Assembly (NCBI GenBank): GCA_964057225.1
Contig: CAXKVF010000074.1
Location: 682,001-746,000, forward strand
DNA from: Auanema rhodensis
Taxonomy: Eukaryota; Animalia; Nematoda
Direction: 5' to 3'
DNA: 64,000 nucleotides
The notes below the pieces were generated by a model. The model made no database searches. It had not been told where the DNA came from and was given only the letters and a program-made list of their open reading frames with translations. The position numbers and the translations under genes were made by a program. The first letter of the stretch is position 1, and every line of letters begins with the position of its first letter. Of the stretch, positions 1 through 15,000 are shown in pieces.

Positions 1-3000
1 TTTATTCATATTGGTTCATGGTAACCATGACTTTGAAATTTACGTGAACTTTAATTTATGCTAATTAAATGTACACGTGATGTGCACTTGGTATGTAACT
101 CGCTTCACGTGAAAGATAAAGAGATGCGGTTTTCAAAATTAGATTCCCCATGTCCATATTAGTCTAAAAACAAATTTTTATTGATATTGGTTCATGGTAA
201 CCATGACTTTGAAATTTACGTGAACTTTAATTTAAGCTAATTAAATGTACACGTGATGTGCACTTGGTATGTAACTCGCTTCACGTGAAAGATAAAGAGA
301 TGCGGTTTTCAAAATTAGATTCCCCATGTCCATATTAGTCTAAAAACAAATTTTTATTGATATTGCTTCATGGTAACCATGACTTTGAAATTTACGTGAA
401 CTTTAATTTATGCTAATTAAATGTACACGTGATGTGCACTTGGTATGTAACTCGCTTCACGTGAAAGATAAAGAGATGCGGTTTTCAAAATTAGATTCCC
501 CATGTCCATATTAGTCTAAAAACAAATTTTTATTGATATTGGTTCATGGTAACCATGACTTTGAAATTTACGTGAACTTTAATTTATGCTAATTAAATGT
601 ACACGTGATGTGCACTTGGTATGTAACTCGCTTCACGTGAAAGATAAAGAGATGCGGTTTTCAAAATTAGATTCCCCATGTCCATATTAGTCTAAAAACA
701 AATTTTTATTGATATTGGTGCATGGTAACCATGACTTTGAAATTTACGTGAACTTTAATTTATGCTAATTAAATGTACACGTGATGTGCACTTGGTATGT
801 AACTCGCTTCACGTGAAAGATAAAGAGATGCGGTTTTCAAAATTAGATTCCCCATGTCCATATTAGTCTAAAAACAAATTTTTATTGATATTGGTGAATG
901 GTAACCATGACTTTGAAATTTACGTGAACTTTAATTTATGCTAATTAAATGTACACGTGATGTGCACTTGGTATGTAACTCGCTTCACGTGAAAGATAAA
1001 GAGATGCGGTTTTCAAAATTAGATTCCTCATGTCCATATTAGTCTAAAAACAAATTTTTATTGATATTGGTTCATGGTAACCATGACTTTGAAATTTACG
1101 TGAACTTTAATTTATGCTAATTAAATGTACACGTGATGTGCACTTGGTATGTAACTCGCTTCACGTGAAAGATAAAGAGATGCGGTTTTCAAAATTAGAT
1201 TCCCCATGTCCATATTAGTCTAAAAACAAATTTTTATTGATATTGGTTCATGGTAACCATGACTTTGAAATTTACGTGAACTTTAATTTATGCTAATTAA
1301 ATGTACACGTGATGTGCACTTGGTATGTAACTCGCTTCACGTGAAAGATAAAGAGATGCGGTTTTCAAAATTAGATTCCCCATGTCCATATTAGTCTAAA
1401 AACAAATTTTTATTGATATTGGTTCATGGTAACCATGACTTTGAAATTTACGTGAACTTTAATTTATGCTAATTAAATGTACACGTGATGTGCACTTGGT
1501 ATGTAACTCGCTTCACGTGAAAGATAAAGAGATGCGGTTTTCAAAATTAGATTCCCCATGTCCATATTAGTCTAAAAACAAATTTTTATTGATATTGGTG
1601 CATGGTAACCATGACTTTGAAATTTACGTGAACTTTAATTTATGCTAATTAAATGTACACGTGATGTGCACTTGGTATGTAACTCGCTTCACGTGAAAGA
1701 TAAAGAGATGCGGTTTTCAAAATTAGATTCCCCATGTCCATATTAGTCTAAAAACAAATTTTTATTGATATTGGTTCATGGTAACCATGACTTTGAAATT
1801 TACGTGAACTTTAATTTATGCTAATTAAATGTACACGTGATGTGCACTTGGTATGTAACTCGCTTCACGTGAAAGATAAAGAGATGCGGTTTTCAAAATT
1901 AGATTCCCCATGTCCATATTAGTCTAAAAACAAATTTTTATTGATATTGGTGCATGGTAACCATGACTTTGAAATTTACGTGAACTTTAATTTATGCTAA
2001 TTAAATGTACACGTGATGTGCACTTGGTATGTAACTCGCTTCACGTGAAAGATAAAGAGATGCGGTTTTCAAAATTAGATTCCCCATGTCCATATTAGTC
2101 TAAAAACAAATTTTTATTGATATTGGTTCATGGTAACCATGACTTTGAAATTTACGTGAACTTTAATTTATGCTAATTAAATGTACACGTGATGTGCACT
2201 TGGTATGTAACTCGCTTCACGTGAAAGATAAAGAGATGCGGTTTTCAAAATTAGATTCCCCATGTCCATATTAGTCTAAAAACAAATTTTTATTGATATT
2301 GGTTCATGGTAACCATGACTTTGAAATTTACGTGAACTTTAATTTATGCTAATTAAATGTACACGTGATGTGCACTTGGTATGTAACTTGCTTCACGTGA
2401 AAGATAAAGAGATGCGGTTTTCAAAATTAGATTCCCCATGTCCATATTAGTCTAAAAACAAATTTTTATTCATATTGGTTCATGGTAACCATGACTTTGA
2501 AATTTACGTGAACTTTAATTTATGCTAATTAAATGTACACGTGATGTGCACTTGGTATGTAACTCGCTTCACGTGAAAGATAAAGAGATGCGGTTTTCAA
2601 AATTAGATTCCCCATGTCCATATTAGTCTAAAAACAAATTTTTATTGATCATGGTTCATGGTAACCATGACTTTGAAATTTACGTGAACTTTAATTAATG
2701 CTAATTAAATGTACACGTGATGTGCACTTGGTATGTAACTCGCTTCACGTGAAAGATAAAGAGATGCGGTTTTCAAAATTAGATTCCCCATGTCCATATT
2801 AGTCTAAAAACAAATTTTTATTGATATTGGTTCATGGTAACCATGACTTTGAAATTTACGTGAACTTTAATTTATGCTAATTAAATGTACACGTGATGTG
2901 CACTTGGTATGTAACTCGCTTCACGTGAAAGATAAAGAGATGCGGTTTTCAAAATTAGATTCCCCATGTCCATATTAGTCTAAAAACAAATTTTTATTGA

Positions 3001-6000
3001 TATTGGTTCATGGTAACCATGACTTTGAAATTTACGTGAACTTTAATTAATGCTAATTAAATGTACACGTGATGTGCACTTGGTATGTAACTCGCTTCAC
3101 GTGAAAGATAAAGAGATGCGGTTTTCAAAATTAGATTCCCCATGTCCATATTAGTCTAAAAACAAATTTTTATTGATATTGCTTCATGGTAACCATGACT
3201 TTGAAATTTACGTGAACTTTAATTTATGCTAATTAAATGTACACGTGATGTGCACTTGGTATGTAACTCGCTTCACGTGAAAGATAAAGAGATGCGGTTT
3301 TCAAAATTAGATTCCCCATGTCCATATTAGTCTAAAAACAAATTTTTATTGATATTGGTGAATGGTAACCATGACTTTGAAATTTACGTGAACTTTAATT
3401 TATGCTAATTAAATGTACACGTGATGTGCACTTGGTATGTAACTCGCTTCACGTGAAAGATAAAGAGATGCGGTTTTCAAAATTAGATTCCCCATGTCCA
3501 TATTAGTCTAAAAACAAATTTTTATTGATATTGGTTCATGGTAACCATGACTTTGAAATTTACGTGAACTTTAATTTATGCTAATTAAATGTACACGTGA
3601 TGTGCACTTGGTATGTAACTTGCTTCACGTGAAAGATAAAGAGATGCGGTTTTCAAAATTAGATTCCCCATGTCCATATTAGTCTAAAAACAAATTTTTA
3701 TTCATATTGGTTCATGGTAACCATGACTTTGAAATTTACGTGAACTTTAATTTATGCTAATTAAATGTACACGTGATGTGCACTTGGTATGTAACTCGCT
3801 TCACGTGAAAGATAAAGAGATGCGGTTTTCAAAATTAGATTCCCCATGTCCATATTAGTCTAAAAACAAATTTTTATTGATATTGGTTCATGGTAACCAT
3901 GACTTTGAAATTTACGTGAACTTTAATTAATGCTAATTAAATGTACACGTGATGTGCACTTGGTATGTAACTCGCTTCACGTGAAAGATAAAGAGATGCG
4001 GTTTTCAAAATTAGATTCCCCATGTCCATATTAGTCTAAAAACAAATTTTTATTGATATTGCTTCATGGTAACCATGACTTTGAAATTTACGTGAACTTT
4101 AATTTATGCTAATTAAATGTACACGTGATGTGCACTTGGTATGTAACTCGCTTCACGTGAAAGATAAAGAGATGCGGTTTTCAAAATTAGATTCCCCATG
4201 TCCATATTAGTCTAAAAACAAATTTTTATTGATATTGGTTCATGGTAACCATGACTTTGAAATTTACGTGAACTTTAATTAATGCTAATTAAATGTACAC
4301 GTGATGTGCACTTGGTATGTAACTCGCTTCACGTGAAAGATAAAGAGATGCGGTTTTCAAAATTAGATTCCCCATGTCCATATTAGTCTAAAAACAAATT
4401 TTTATTGATATTGCTTCATGGTAACCATGACTTTGAAATTTACGTGAACTTTAATTTATGCTAATTAAATGTACACGTGATGTGCACTTGGTATGTAACT
4501 CGCTTCACGTGAAAGATAAAGAGATGCGGTTTTCAAAATTAGATTCCCCATGTCCATATTAGTCTAAAAACAAATTTTTATTGATATTGGTTCATGGTAA
4601 CCATGACTTTGAAATTTACGTGAACTTTAATTTATGCTAATTAAATGTACACGTGATGTGCACTTGGTATGTAACTCGCTTCACGTGAAAGATAAAGAGA
4701 TGCGGTTTTCAAAATTAGATTCCCCATGTCCATATTAGTCTAAAAACAAATTTTTATTGATATTGGTGCATGGTAACCATGACTTTGAAATTTACGTGAA
4801 CTTTAATTTATGCTAATTAAATGTACACGTGATGTGCACTTGGTATGTAACTCGCTTCACGTGAAAGATAAAGAGATGCGGTTTTCAAAATTAGATTCCC
4901 CATGTCCATATTAGTCTAAAAACAAATTTTTATTGATATTGGTGAATGGTAACCATGACTTTGAAATTTACGTGAACTTTAATTTATGCTAATTAAATGT
5001 ACACGTGATGTGCACTTGGTATGTAACTCGCTTCACGTGAAAGATAAAGAGATGCGGTTTTCAAAATTAGATTCCTCATGTCCATATTAGTCTAAAAACA
5101 AATTTTTATTGATATTGGTTCATGGTAACCATGACTTTGAAATTTACGTGAACTTTAATTTATGCTAATTAAATGTACACGTGATGTGCACTTGGTATGT
5201 AACTCGCTTCACGTGAAAGATAAAGAGATGCGGTTTTCAAAATTAGATTCTCCATGTCCATATTAGTCTAAAAACAAATTTTTATTGATATTGGTTCATG
5301 GTAACCATGACTTTGAAATTTACGTGAACTTTAATTGATGCTAATTAAATGTACACGTGATGTGCACTTGGTATGTAACTCGCTTCACGTGAAAGATAAA
5401 GAGATGCGGTTTTCAAAATTAGATTCCCCATGTCCATATTAGTCTAAAAACAAATTTTTATTGATATTGCTTCATGGTAACCATGACTTTGAAATTTACG
5501 TGAACTTTAATTTATGCTAATTAAATGTACACGTGATGTGCACTTGGTATGTAACTCGCTTCACGTGAAAGATAAAGAGATGCGGTTTTCAAAATTAGAT
5601 TCCCCATGTCCATATTAGTCTAAAAACAAATTTTTATTGATATTGGTTCATGGTAACCATGACTTTGAAATTTACGTGAACTTTAATTTATGCTAATTAA
5701 ATGTACACGTGATGTGCACTTGGTATGTAACTCGCTTCACGTGAAAGATAAAGAGATGCGGTTTTCAAAATTAGATTCCCCATGTCCATATTAGTCTAAA
5801 AACAAATTTTTATTGATATTGGTTCATGGTAACCATGACTTTGAAATTTACGTGAACTTTAATTTATGCTAATTAAATGTACACGTGATGTGCACTTGGT
5901 ATGTAACTCGCTTCACGTGAAAGATAAAGAGATGCCGTTTTCAAAATTAGATTCCCCATGTCCATATTAGTCTAAAAACAAATTTTTATTGATATTGGTT

Positions 6001-9000
6001 CATGGTAACCATGACTTTGAATTTTACGTGAACTTTAATTTATGCTAATTAAATGAACACGTGATGTGCACTTGGTATGTAACTCGCTTCACGTGAAAGA
6101 TAAAGAAATGCGGTTTTCAAAATTAGATTCCCCATGTCCATATTAGTCTAAAAACAAATTTTTATTGATATTGGTTCATGGTAACCATGACTTTGAAATT
6201 TACGTGAACTTTAATTTATGCTAATTAAATGTACACGTGATGTGCACTTGGTATGTAACTCGCTTCACGTGAAAGATAAAGAGATGCGGTTTTCAAAATT
6301 AGATTCCCCATGTCCATATTAGTCTGAAAACAAATTTTTATTGATATTGCTTCATGGTAACCATGACTTTGAAATTTACGTGAACTTTAATTTATGCTAA
6401 TTAAATGTACACGTGATGTGCACTTGGTATGTAACTCGCTTCACGTGAAAGATAAAGAGATGCGGTTTTCAAAATTAGATTCCCCATGTCCATATTAGTC
6501 TAAAAACAAATTTTTATTGATATTGCTTCATGGTAACCATGACTTTGAAATTTACGTGAACTTTAATTTATGCTAATTAAATGTACACGTGATGTGCACT
6601 TGGTATGTAACTCGCTCCACGTGAAAGATAAAGAGATGCGGTTTTCAAAATTAGATTCCCCATGTCCATATTAGTCTAAAAACAAATTTTTATTGATATT
6701 GGTGCATGGTAACCATGACTTTGAAATTTACGTGAACTTTAATTTATGCCAATTAAATGTACACGTGATGTGCACTTGGTATGTAACTCGCTTCACGTGA
6801 AAGATAAAGAGATGCGGTTTTCAAAATTAGATTCCCCATGTCCATATTAGTCTAAAAACAAATTTTTATTGATATTTGTGCATGGTAACCATGACTTTGA
6901 AATTTACGTGAACTTTAATTTATGCCAATTAAATGTACACGTGATGTGCACTTGGTATGTAACTCGCTTCACGTGAAAGATAAAGAGATGCGGTTTTCAA
7001 AATTAGATTCCCCATGTCCATATTAGTCTAAAAACAAATTTTTATTGATATTTGTGCATGGTAACCATGACTTTGAAATTTACGTGAACTTTAATTTATG
7101 CTAATTAAATGTACACGTGATGTGCACTTGGTATGTAACTCGCTTCACGTGAAAGATGAAGAGATGCGGTTTTCAAAATTAGATTCCCCATGTCCATATT
7201 AGTCTAAAAACAAATTTTTATTGATATTGGTTCATGGTAACCATGACTTTGAAATTTACGTGAACTTTAATTTATGCTAATTAAATGTACACGTGATGTG
7301 CACTTGGTATGTAACTCGCTTCACGTGAAAGATAAAGAGATGCGGTTTTCAAAATTAGATTCCCCATGTCCATATTAGTCTAAAAACAAATTTTTATTGA
7401 TATTGGTGCATGGTAACCATGACTTTGAAATTTACGTGAACTTTAATTTATGCTAATTAAATGTACACGTGATGTGCACTTGGTATGTAACTCGCTTCAC
7501 GTGAAAGATAAAGAGATGCGGTTTTCAAAATTAGATTCCCCATGTCCATATTAGTCTAAAAACAAATTTTTATTGATATTGGTTCATGGTAACCATGACT
7601 TTGAAATTTACGTGAACTTTAATTTATGCTAATTAAATGTACACGTGATGTGCACTTGGTATGTAACTCGCTTCACGTGAAAGATAAAGAGATGCGGTTT
7701 TCAAAATTAGATTCCCCATGTCCATATTAGTCTAAAAACAAATTTTTATTGATATTGGTGCATGGTAACCATGACTTTGAAATTTACGTGAACTTTAATT
7801 TATGCTAATTAAATGTACACGTGATGTGCACTTGGTATGTAACTCGCTTCACGTGAAAGATAAAGAGATGCGGTTTTCAAAATTAGATTCCCCATGTCCA
7901 TATTAGTCTAAAAACAAATTTTTATTGATATTGGTTCATGGTAACCATGACTTTGAAATTTACGTGAACTTTAATTTATGCTAATTAAATGTACACGTGA
8001 TGTGCACTTGGTATGTAACTCGCTTCACGTGAAAGATAAAGAGATGCGGTTTTCAAAATTAGATTCCCCATGTCCATATTAGTCTAAAAACAAATTTTTA
8101 TTGATATTGGTTCATGGTAACCATGACTTTGAAATTTACGTGAACTTTAATTTATGCTAATTAAATGTACACGTGATGTGCACTTGGTATGTAACTCGCT
8201 TCACGTGAAAGATAAAGAGATGCGGTTTTCAAAATTAGATTCCCCATGTCCATATTAGTCTAAAAACAAATTTTTATTGATATTGGTTCATGGTAACCAT
8301 GACTTTGAAATTTACGTGAACTTTAATTTATGCTAATTAAATGTACACGTGATGTGCACTTGGTATGTAACTCGCTTCACGTGAAAGATAAAGAGATGCG
8401 GTTTTAAAAATTAGATTCCCCATGTCCATATTAGTCTAAAAACAAATTTTTATTGATATTGGTGCATGGTAACCATGACTTTGAAATTTACGTGAACTTT
8501 AATTTATGCTAATTAAATGTACACGTGATGTGCACTTGGTATGTAACTCGCTTCACGTGAAAGATAAAGAGATGCGGTTTTCAAAATTAGATTCCCCATG
8601 TCCATATTAGTCTAAAAACAAATTTTTATTGATATTGCTTCATGGTAACCATGACTTTGAAATTTACGTGAACTTTAATTTATGCTAATTAAATGTACAC
8701 GTGATGTGCACTTGGTATGTAAATCGCTTCACGTGAAAGATAAAGAGATGCGGTTTTCAAAATTAGATTCCCCATGTCCATATTAGTCTAAAAACAAATT
8801 TTTATTGATATTGGTTCATGGTAACCATGACTTTGAAATTTACGTGAACTTTAATTTATGCTAATTAAATGTACACGTGATGTGCACTTGGTATGTAACT
8901 CGCTTCACGTGAAAGATAAAGAGATGCGGTTTTCAAAATTAGATTCCCCATGTCCATATTAGTCTAAAAACAAATTTTTATTGATATTAGTTCATGGTAA

Positions 9001-12000
9001 CCATGACTTTGAAATTTACGTGAACTTTAATTTATGCTAATTAAATGTACACGTGATGTGCACTTGGTATGTAACTCGCTTCACGTGAAAGATAAAGAGA
9101 TGCGGTTTTCAAAATTAGATTCCCCATGTCCATATTAGTCTAAAAACAAATTTTCATTGATATTGGTTCATGGTAACCATGACTTTGAAATTTACGTGAA
9201 CTTTAATTTATGCTAATTAAATGTACACGTGATGTGCACTTGGTATGTAACTCGCTTCACGTGAAAGATAAAGAGATGCGGTTTTCAAAATTAGATTCCC
9301 CATGTCCATATTAGTCTAAAAACAAATTTTTATTGATATTGGTTCATGGTAACCATGACTTTGAAATTTACGTGAACTTTAATTTATGCTAATTAAATGT
9401 ACACGTGATGTGCACTTGGTATGTAACTCGCTTCACGTGAAAGATAAAGAGATGCGGTTTTCAAAATTAGATTCCCCATGTTCATATTAGTCTAAAAACA
9501 AATTTTTATTGATATTGGTTCATGGTAACCATGACTTTGAAATTTACGTGAACTTTAATTTATGCTAATTAAATGTACACGTGATGTGCACTTGGTATGT
9601 AACTCGCTTCACGTGAAAGATAAAGAGATGCGGTTTTCAAAATTAGATTCCCCATGTCCATATTAGTCTAAAAACAAATTTTTATTGATATTGGTTCATG
9701 GTAACCATGACTTTGAAATTTACGTGAACTTTAATTTATGCTAATTAAATGTACACGTGATGTGCACTTGGTATGTAACTCGCTTCACGTGAAAGATAAA
9801 GAGATGCGGTTTTCAAAATTAGATTCCCCATGTCCATATTAGTCTAAAAACAAATTTTTATTGATATTAGTTCATGGTAACCATGACTTTGAAATTTACG
9901 TGAACTTTAATTTATGCTAATTAAATGTACACGTGATGTGCACTTGGTATGTAACTCGCTTCACGTGAAAGATAAAGAGATGCGGTTTTCAAAATTAGAT
10001 TCCCCATGTCCATATTAGTCTAAAAACAAATTTTCATTGATATTGGTTCATGGTAACCATGACTTTGAAATTTACGTGAACTTTAATTTATGCTAATTAA
10101 ATGTACACGTGATGTGCACTTGGTATGTAACTCGCTTCACGTGAAAGATAAAGAGATGCGGTTTTCAAAATTAGATTCCCCATGTCCATATTAGTCTAAA
10201 AACAAATTTTTATTGATATTGGTTCATGGTAACCATGACTTTGAAATTTACGTGAACTTTAATTTATTCTAATTAAATGTACACGTGATGTGCACTTGGT
10301 ATGTAACTCGCTTCACGTGAAAGATAAAGAGATGCCGTTTTCAAAATTAGATTCCCCATGTCCATATTAGTCTAAAAACAAATTTTTATTGATATTGGTT
10401 CATGGTAACCATGACTTTGAATTTTACGTGAACTTTAATTTATGCTAATTAAATGTACACGTGATGTGCACTTGGTATGTAACTCGCTTCACGTGAAAGA
10501 TAAAGAAATGCGGTTTTCAAAATTAGATTCCCCATGTCCATATTAGTCTAAAAACATATTTTTATTGATATTGGTTCATGGTAACCATGACTTTGAAATT
10601 TACGTGAACTTTAATTTATGCTAATTAAATGTACACGTGATGTGCACTTGGTATGTAACTCGCTTCACGTGAAAGATAAAGAGATGCGGTTTTCAAAATT
10701 AGATTCCCCATGTCCATATTAGTCTAAAAACAAATTTTTATTGATATTGCTTCATGGTAACCATGACTTTGAAATTTACGTGAACTTTAATTTATGCTAA
10801 TTAAATGTACACGTGATGTGCACTTGGTATGTAACTCGCTTCACGTGAAAGATAAAGAGATGCGGTTTTCAAAATTAGATTCCCCATGTCCATATTAGTC
10901 TAAAAACAAATTTTTATTGATATTGCTTCATGGTAACCATGACTTTGAAATTTACGTGAACTTTAATTTATGCTAATTAAATGTACACGTGATGTGCACT
11001 TGGTATGTAACTCGCTCCACGTGAAAGATAAAGAGATGCGGTTTTCAAAATTAGATTCCCCATGTCCATATTAGTCTAAAAACAAATTTTTATTGATATT
11101 GGTGCATGGTAACCATGACTTTGAAATTTACGTGAACTTTAATTTATGCTAATTAAATGTACACGTGATGTGCACTTGGTATGTAACTCGCTTCACGTGA
11201 AAGATAAAGAGATGCGGTTTTCAAAATTAGATTCCCCATGTCCATATTAGTCTAAAAACAAATTTTTATTGATATTTGTGCATGGTAACCATGACTTTGA
11301 AATTTACGTGAACTTTAATTTATGCTAATTAAATGTACACGTGATGTGCACTTGGTATGTAACTCGCTTCACGTGAAAGATGAAGAGATGCGGTTTTCAA
11401 AATTAGATTCCCCATGTCCATATTAGTCTAAAAACAAATTTTTATTGATATTGGTTCATGGTAACCATGACTTTGAAATTTACGTGAACTTTAATTTATG
11501 CTAATTAAATGTACACGTGATGTGCACTTGGTATGTAACTCGCTTCACGTGAAAGATAAAGAGATGCGGTTTTCAAAATTAGATTCCCCATGTCCATATT
11601 AGTCTAAAAACAAATTTTTATTGATATTGGTGCATGGTAACCATGACTTTGAAATTTACGTGAACTTTAATTTATGCTAATTAAATGTACACGTGATGTG
11701 CACTTGGTATGTAACTCGCTTCACGTGAAAGATAAAGAGATGCGGTTTTCAAAATTAGATTCCCCATGTCCATATTAGTCTAAAAACAAATTTTTATTGA
11801 TATTGGTTCATGGTAACCATGACTTTGAAATTTACGTGAACTTTAATTTATGCTAATTAAATGTACACGTGATGTGCACTTGGTATGTAACTCGCTTCAC
11901 GTGAAAGATAAAGAGATGCGGTTTTCAAAATTAGATTCCCCATGTCCATATTAGTCTAAAAACAAATTTTTATTGATATTGGTGCATGGTAACCATGACT

Positions 12001-15000
12001 TTGAAATTTACGTGAACTTTAATTTATGCTAATTAAATGTACACGTGATGTGCACTTGGTATGTAACTCGCTTCACGTGAAAGATAAAGAGATGCGGTTT
12101 TCAAAATTAGATTCCCCATGTCCATATTAGTCTAAAAACAAATTTTTATTGATATTGGTTCATGGTAACCATGACTTTGAAATTTACGTGAACTTTAATT
12201 TATGCTAATTAAATGTACACGTGATGTGCACTTGGTATGTAACTCGCTTCACGTGAAAGATAAAGAGATGCGGTTTTCAAAATTAGATTCCCCATGTCCA
12301 TATTAGTCTAAAAACAAATTTTTATTGATATTGGTTCATGGTAACCATGACTTTGAAATTTACGTGAACTTTAATTTATGCTAATTAAATGTACACGTGA
12401 TGTGCACTTGGTATGTAACTCGCTTCACGTGAAAGATAAAGAGATGCGGTTTCCAAAATTAGATTCCCCATGTCCATATTAGTCTAAAAACAAATTTTTA
12501 TTGATATTGGTTCATGGTAACCATGACTTTGAAATTTACGTGAACTTTAATTTATGCTAATTAAATGTACACGTGATGTGCACTTGGTATGTAACTCGCT
12601 TCACGTGAAAGATAAAGAGATGCGGTTTTCAAAATTAGATTCCCCATGTCCATATTAGTCTAAAAACAAATTTTTATTGATATTGCTTCATGGTAACCAT
12701 GACTTTGAAATTTACGTGAACTTTAATTTATGCTAATTAAATGTACACGTGATGTGCACTTGGTATGTAACTCGCTTCACGTGAAAGAAAAAGAGATGCG
12801 GTTTTCAAAATTAGATTCCCCATGTCCATATTAGTCTAAAAACAAATTTTTATTGATATTGGTTCATGGTAACCATGACTTTGAAATTTACGTGAACTTT
12901 AATTTATGCTAATTAAATGTACACGTGATGTGCACTTGGTATGTAACTCGCTTCACGTGAAAGATAAAGAGATGCGGTTTTCAAAATTAGATTCCCCATG
13001 TCCATATTAGTCTAAAAACAAATTTTTATTGATATTGGTTCATGGTAACCATGACTTTGAAATTTACGTGAACTTTAATTTATGCTAATTAAATGTACAC
13101 GTGATGTGCACTTGGTATGTAACTCGCTTCACGTGAAAGATAAAGAGATGCGGTTTTCAAAATTAGATTCCCCATGTTCATATTAGTCTAAAAACAAATT
13201 TTTATTGATATTGGTTCATGGTAACCATGACTTTGAAATTTACGTGAACTTTAATTTATGCTAATTAAATGTACACGTGATGTGCACTTGGTATGTAACT
13301 CGCTTCACGTGAAAGATAAAGAGATGCGGTTTTCAAAATTAGATTCCCCATGTCCATATTAGTCTAAAAACAAATTTTTATTGATATTGGTTCATGGTAA
13401 CCATGACTTTGAAATTTACGTGAACTTTAATTTATGCTAATTAAATGTACACGTGATGTGCACTTGGTATGTAACTCGCTTCACGTGAAAGATAAAGAGA
13501 TGCGGTTTTCAAAATTAGATTCCCCATGTCCATATTAGTCTAAAAACAAATTTTTATTGATATTAGTTCATGGTAACCATGACTTTGAAATTTACGTGAA
13601 CTTTAATTTATGCTAATTAAATGTACACGTGATGTGCACTTGGTATGTAACTCGCTTCACGTGAAAGATAAAGAGATGCGGTTTTCAAAATTAGATTCCC
13701 CATGTCCATATTAGTCTAAAAACAAATTTTCATTGATATTGGTTCATGGTAACCATGACTTTGAAATTTACGTGAACTTTAATTTATGCTAATTAAATGT
13801 ACACGTGATGTGCACTTGGTATGTAACTCGCTTCACGTGAAAGATAAAGAGATGCGGTTTTCAAAATTAGATTCCCCATGTCCATATTAGTCTAAAAACA
13901 AATTTTTATTGATATTGGTTCATGGTAACCATGACTTTGAAATTTACGTGAACTTTAATTTATTCTAATTAAATGTACACGTGATGTGCACTTGGTATGT
14001 AACTCGCTTCACGTGAAAGATAAAGAGATGCCGTTTTCAAAATTAGATTCCCCATGTCCATATTAGTCTAAAAACAAATTTTTATTGATATTGGTTCATG
14101 GTAACCATGACTTTGAATTTTACGTGAACTTTAATTTATGCTAATTAAATGTACACGTGATGTGCACTTGGTATGTAACTCGCTTCACGTGAAAGATAAA
14201 GAAATGCGGTTTTCAAAATTAGATTCCCCATGTCCATATTAGTCTAAAAACATATTTTTATTGATATTGGTTCATGGTAACCATGACTTTGAAATTTACG
14301 TGAACTTTAATTTATGCTAATTAAATGTACACGTGATGTGCACTTGGTATGTAACTCGCTTCACGTGAAAGATAAAGAGATGCGGTTTTCAAAATTAGAT
14401 TCCCCATGTCCATATTAGTCTAAAAACAAATTTTTATTGATATTGCTTCATGGTAACCATGACTTTGAAATTTACGTGAACTTTAATTTATGCTAATTAA
14501 ATGTACACGTGATGTGCACTTGGTATGTAACTCGCTTCACGTGAAAGATAAAGAGATGCGGTTTTCAAAATTAGATTCCCCATGTCCATATTAGTCTAAA
14601 AACAAATTTTTATTGATATTGCTTCATGGTAACCATGACTTTGAAATTTACGTGAACTTTAATTTATGCTAATTAAATGTACACGTGATGTGCACTTGGT
14701 ATGTAACTCGCTCCACGTGAAAGATAAAGAGATGCGGTTTTCAAAATTAGATTCCCCATGTCCATATTAGTCTAAAAACAAATTTTTATTGATATTGGTG
14801 CATGGTAACCATGACTTTGAAATTTACGTGAACTTTAATTTATGCTAATTAAATGTACACGTGATGTGCACTTGGTATGTAACTCGCTTCACGTGAAAGA
14901 TAAAGAGATGCGGTTTTCAAAATTAGATTCCCCATGTCCATATTAGTCTAAAAACAAATTTTTATTGATATTTGTGCATGGTAACCATGACTTTGAAATT

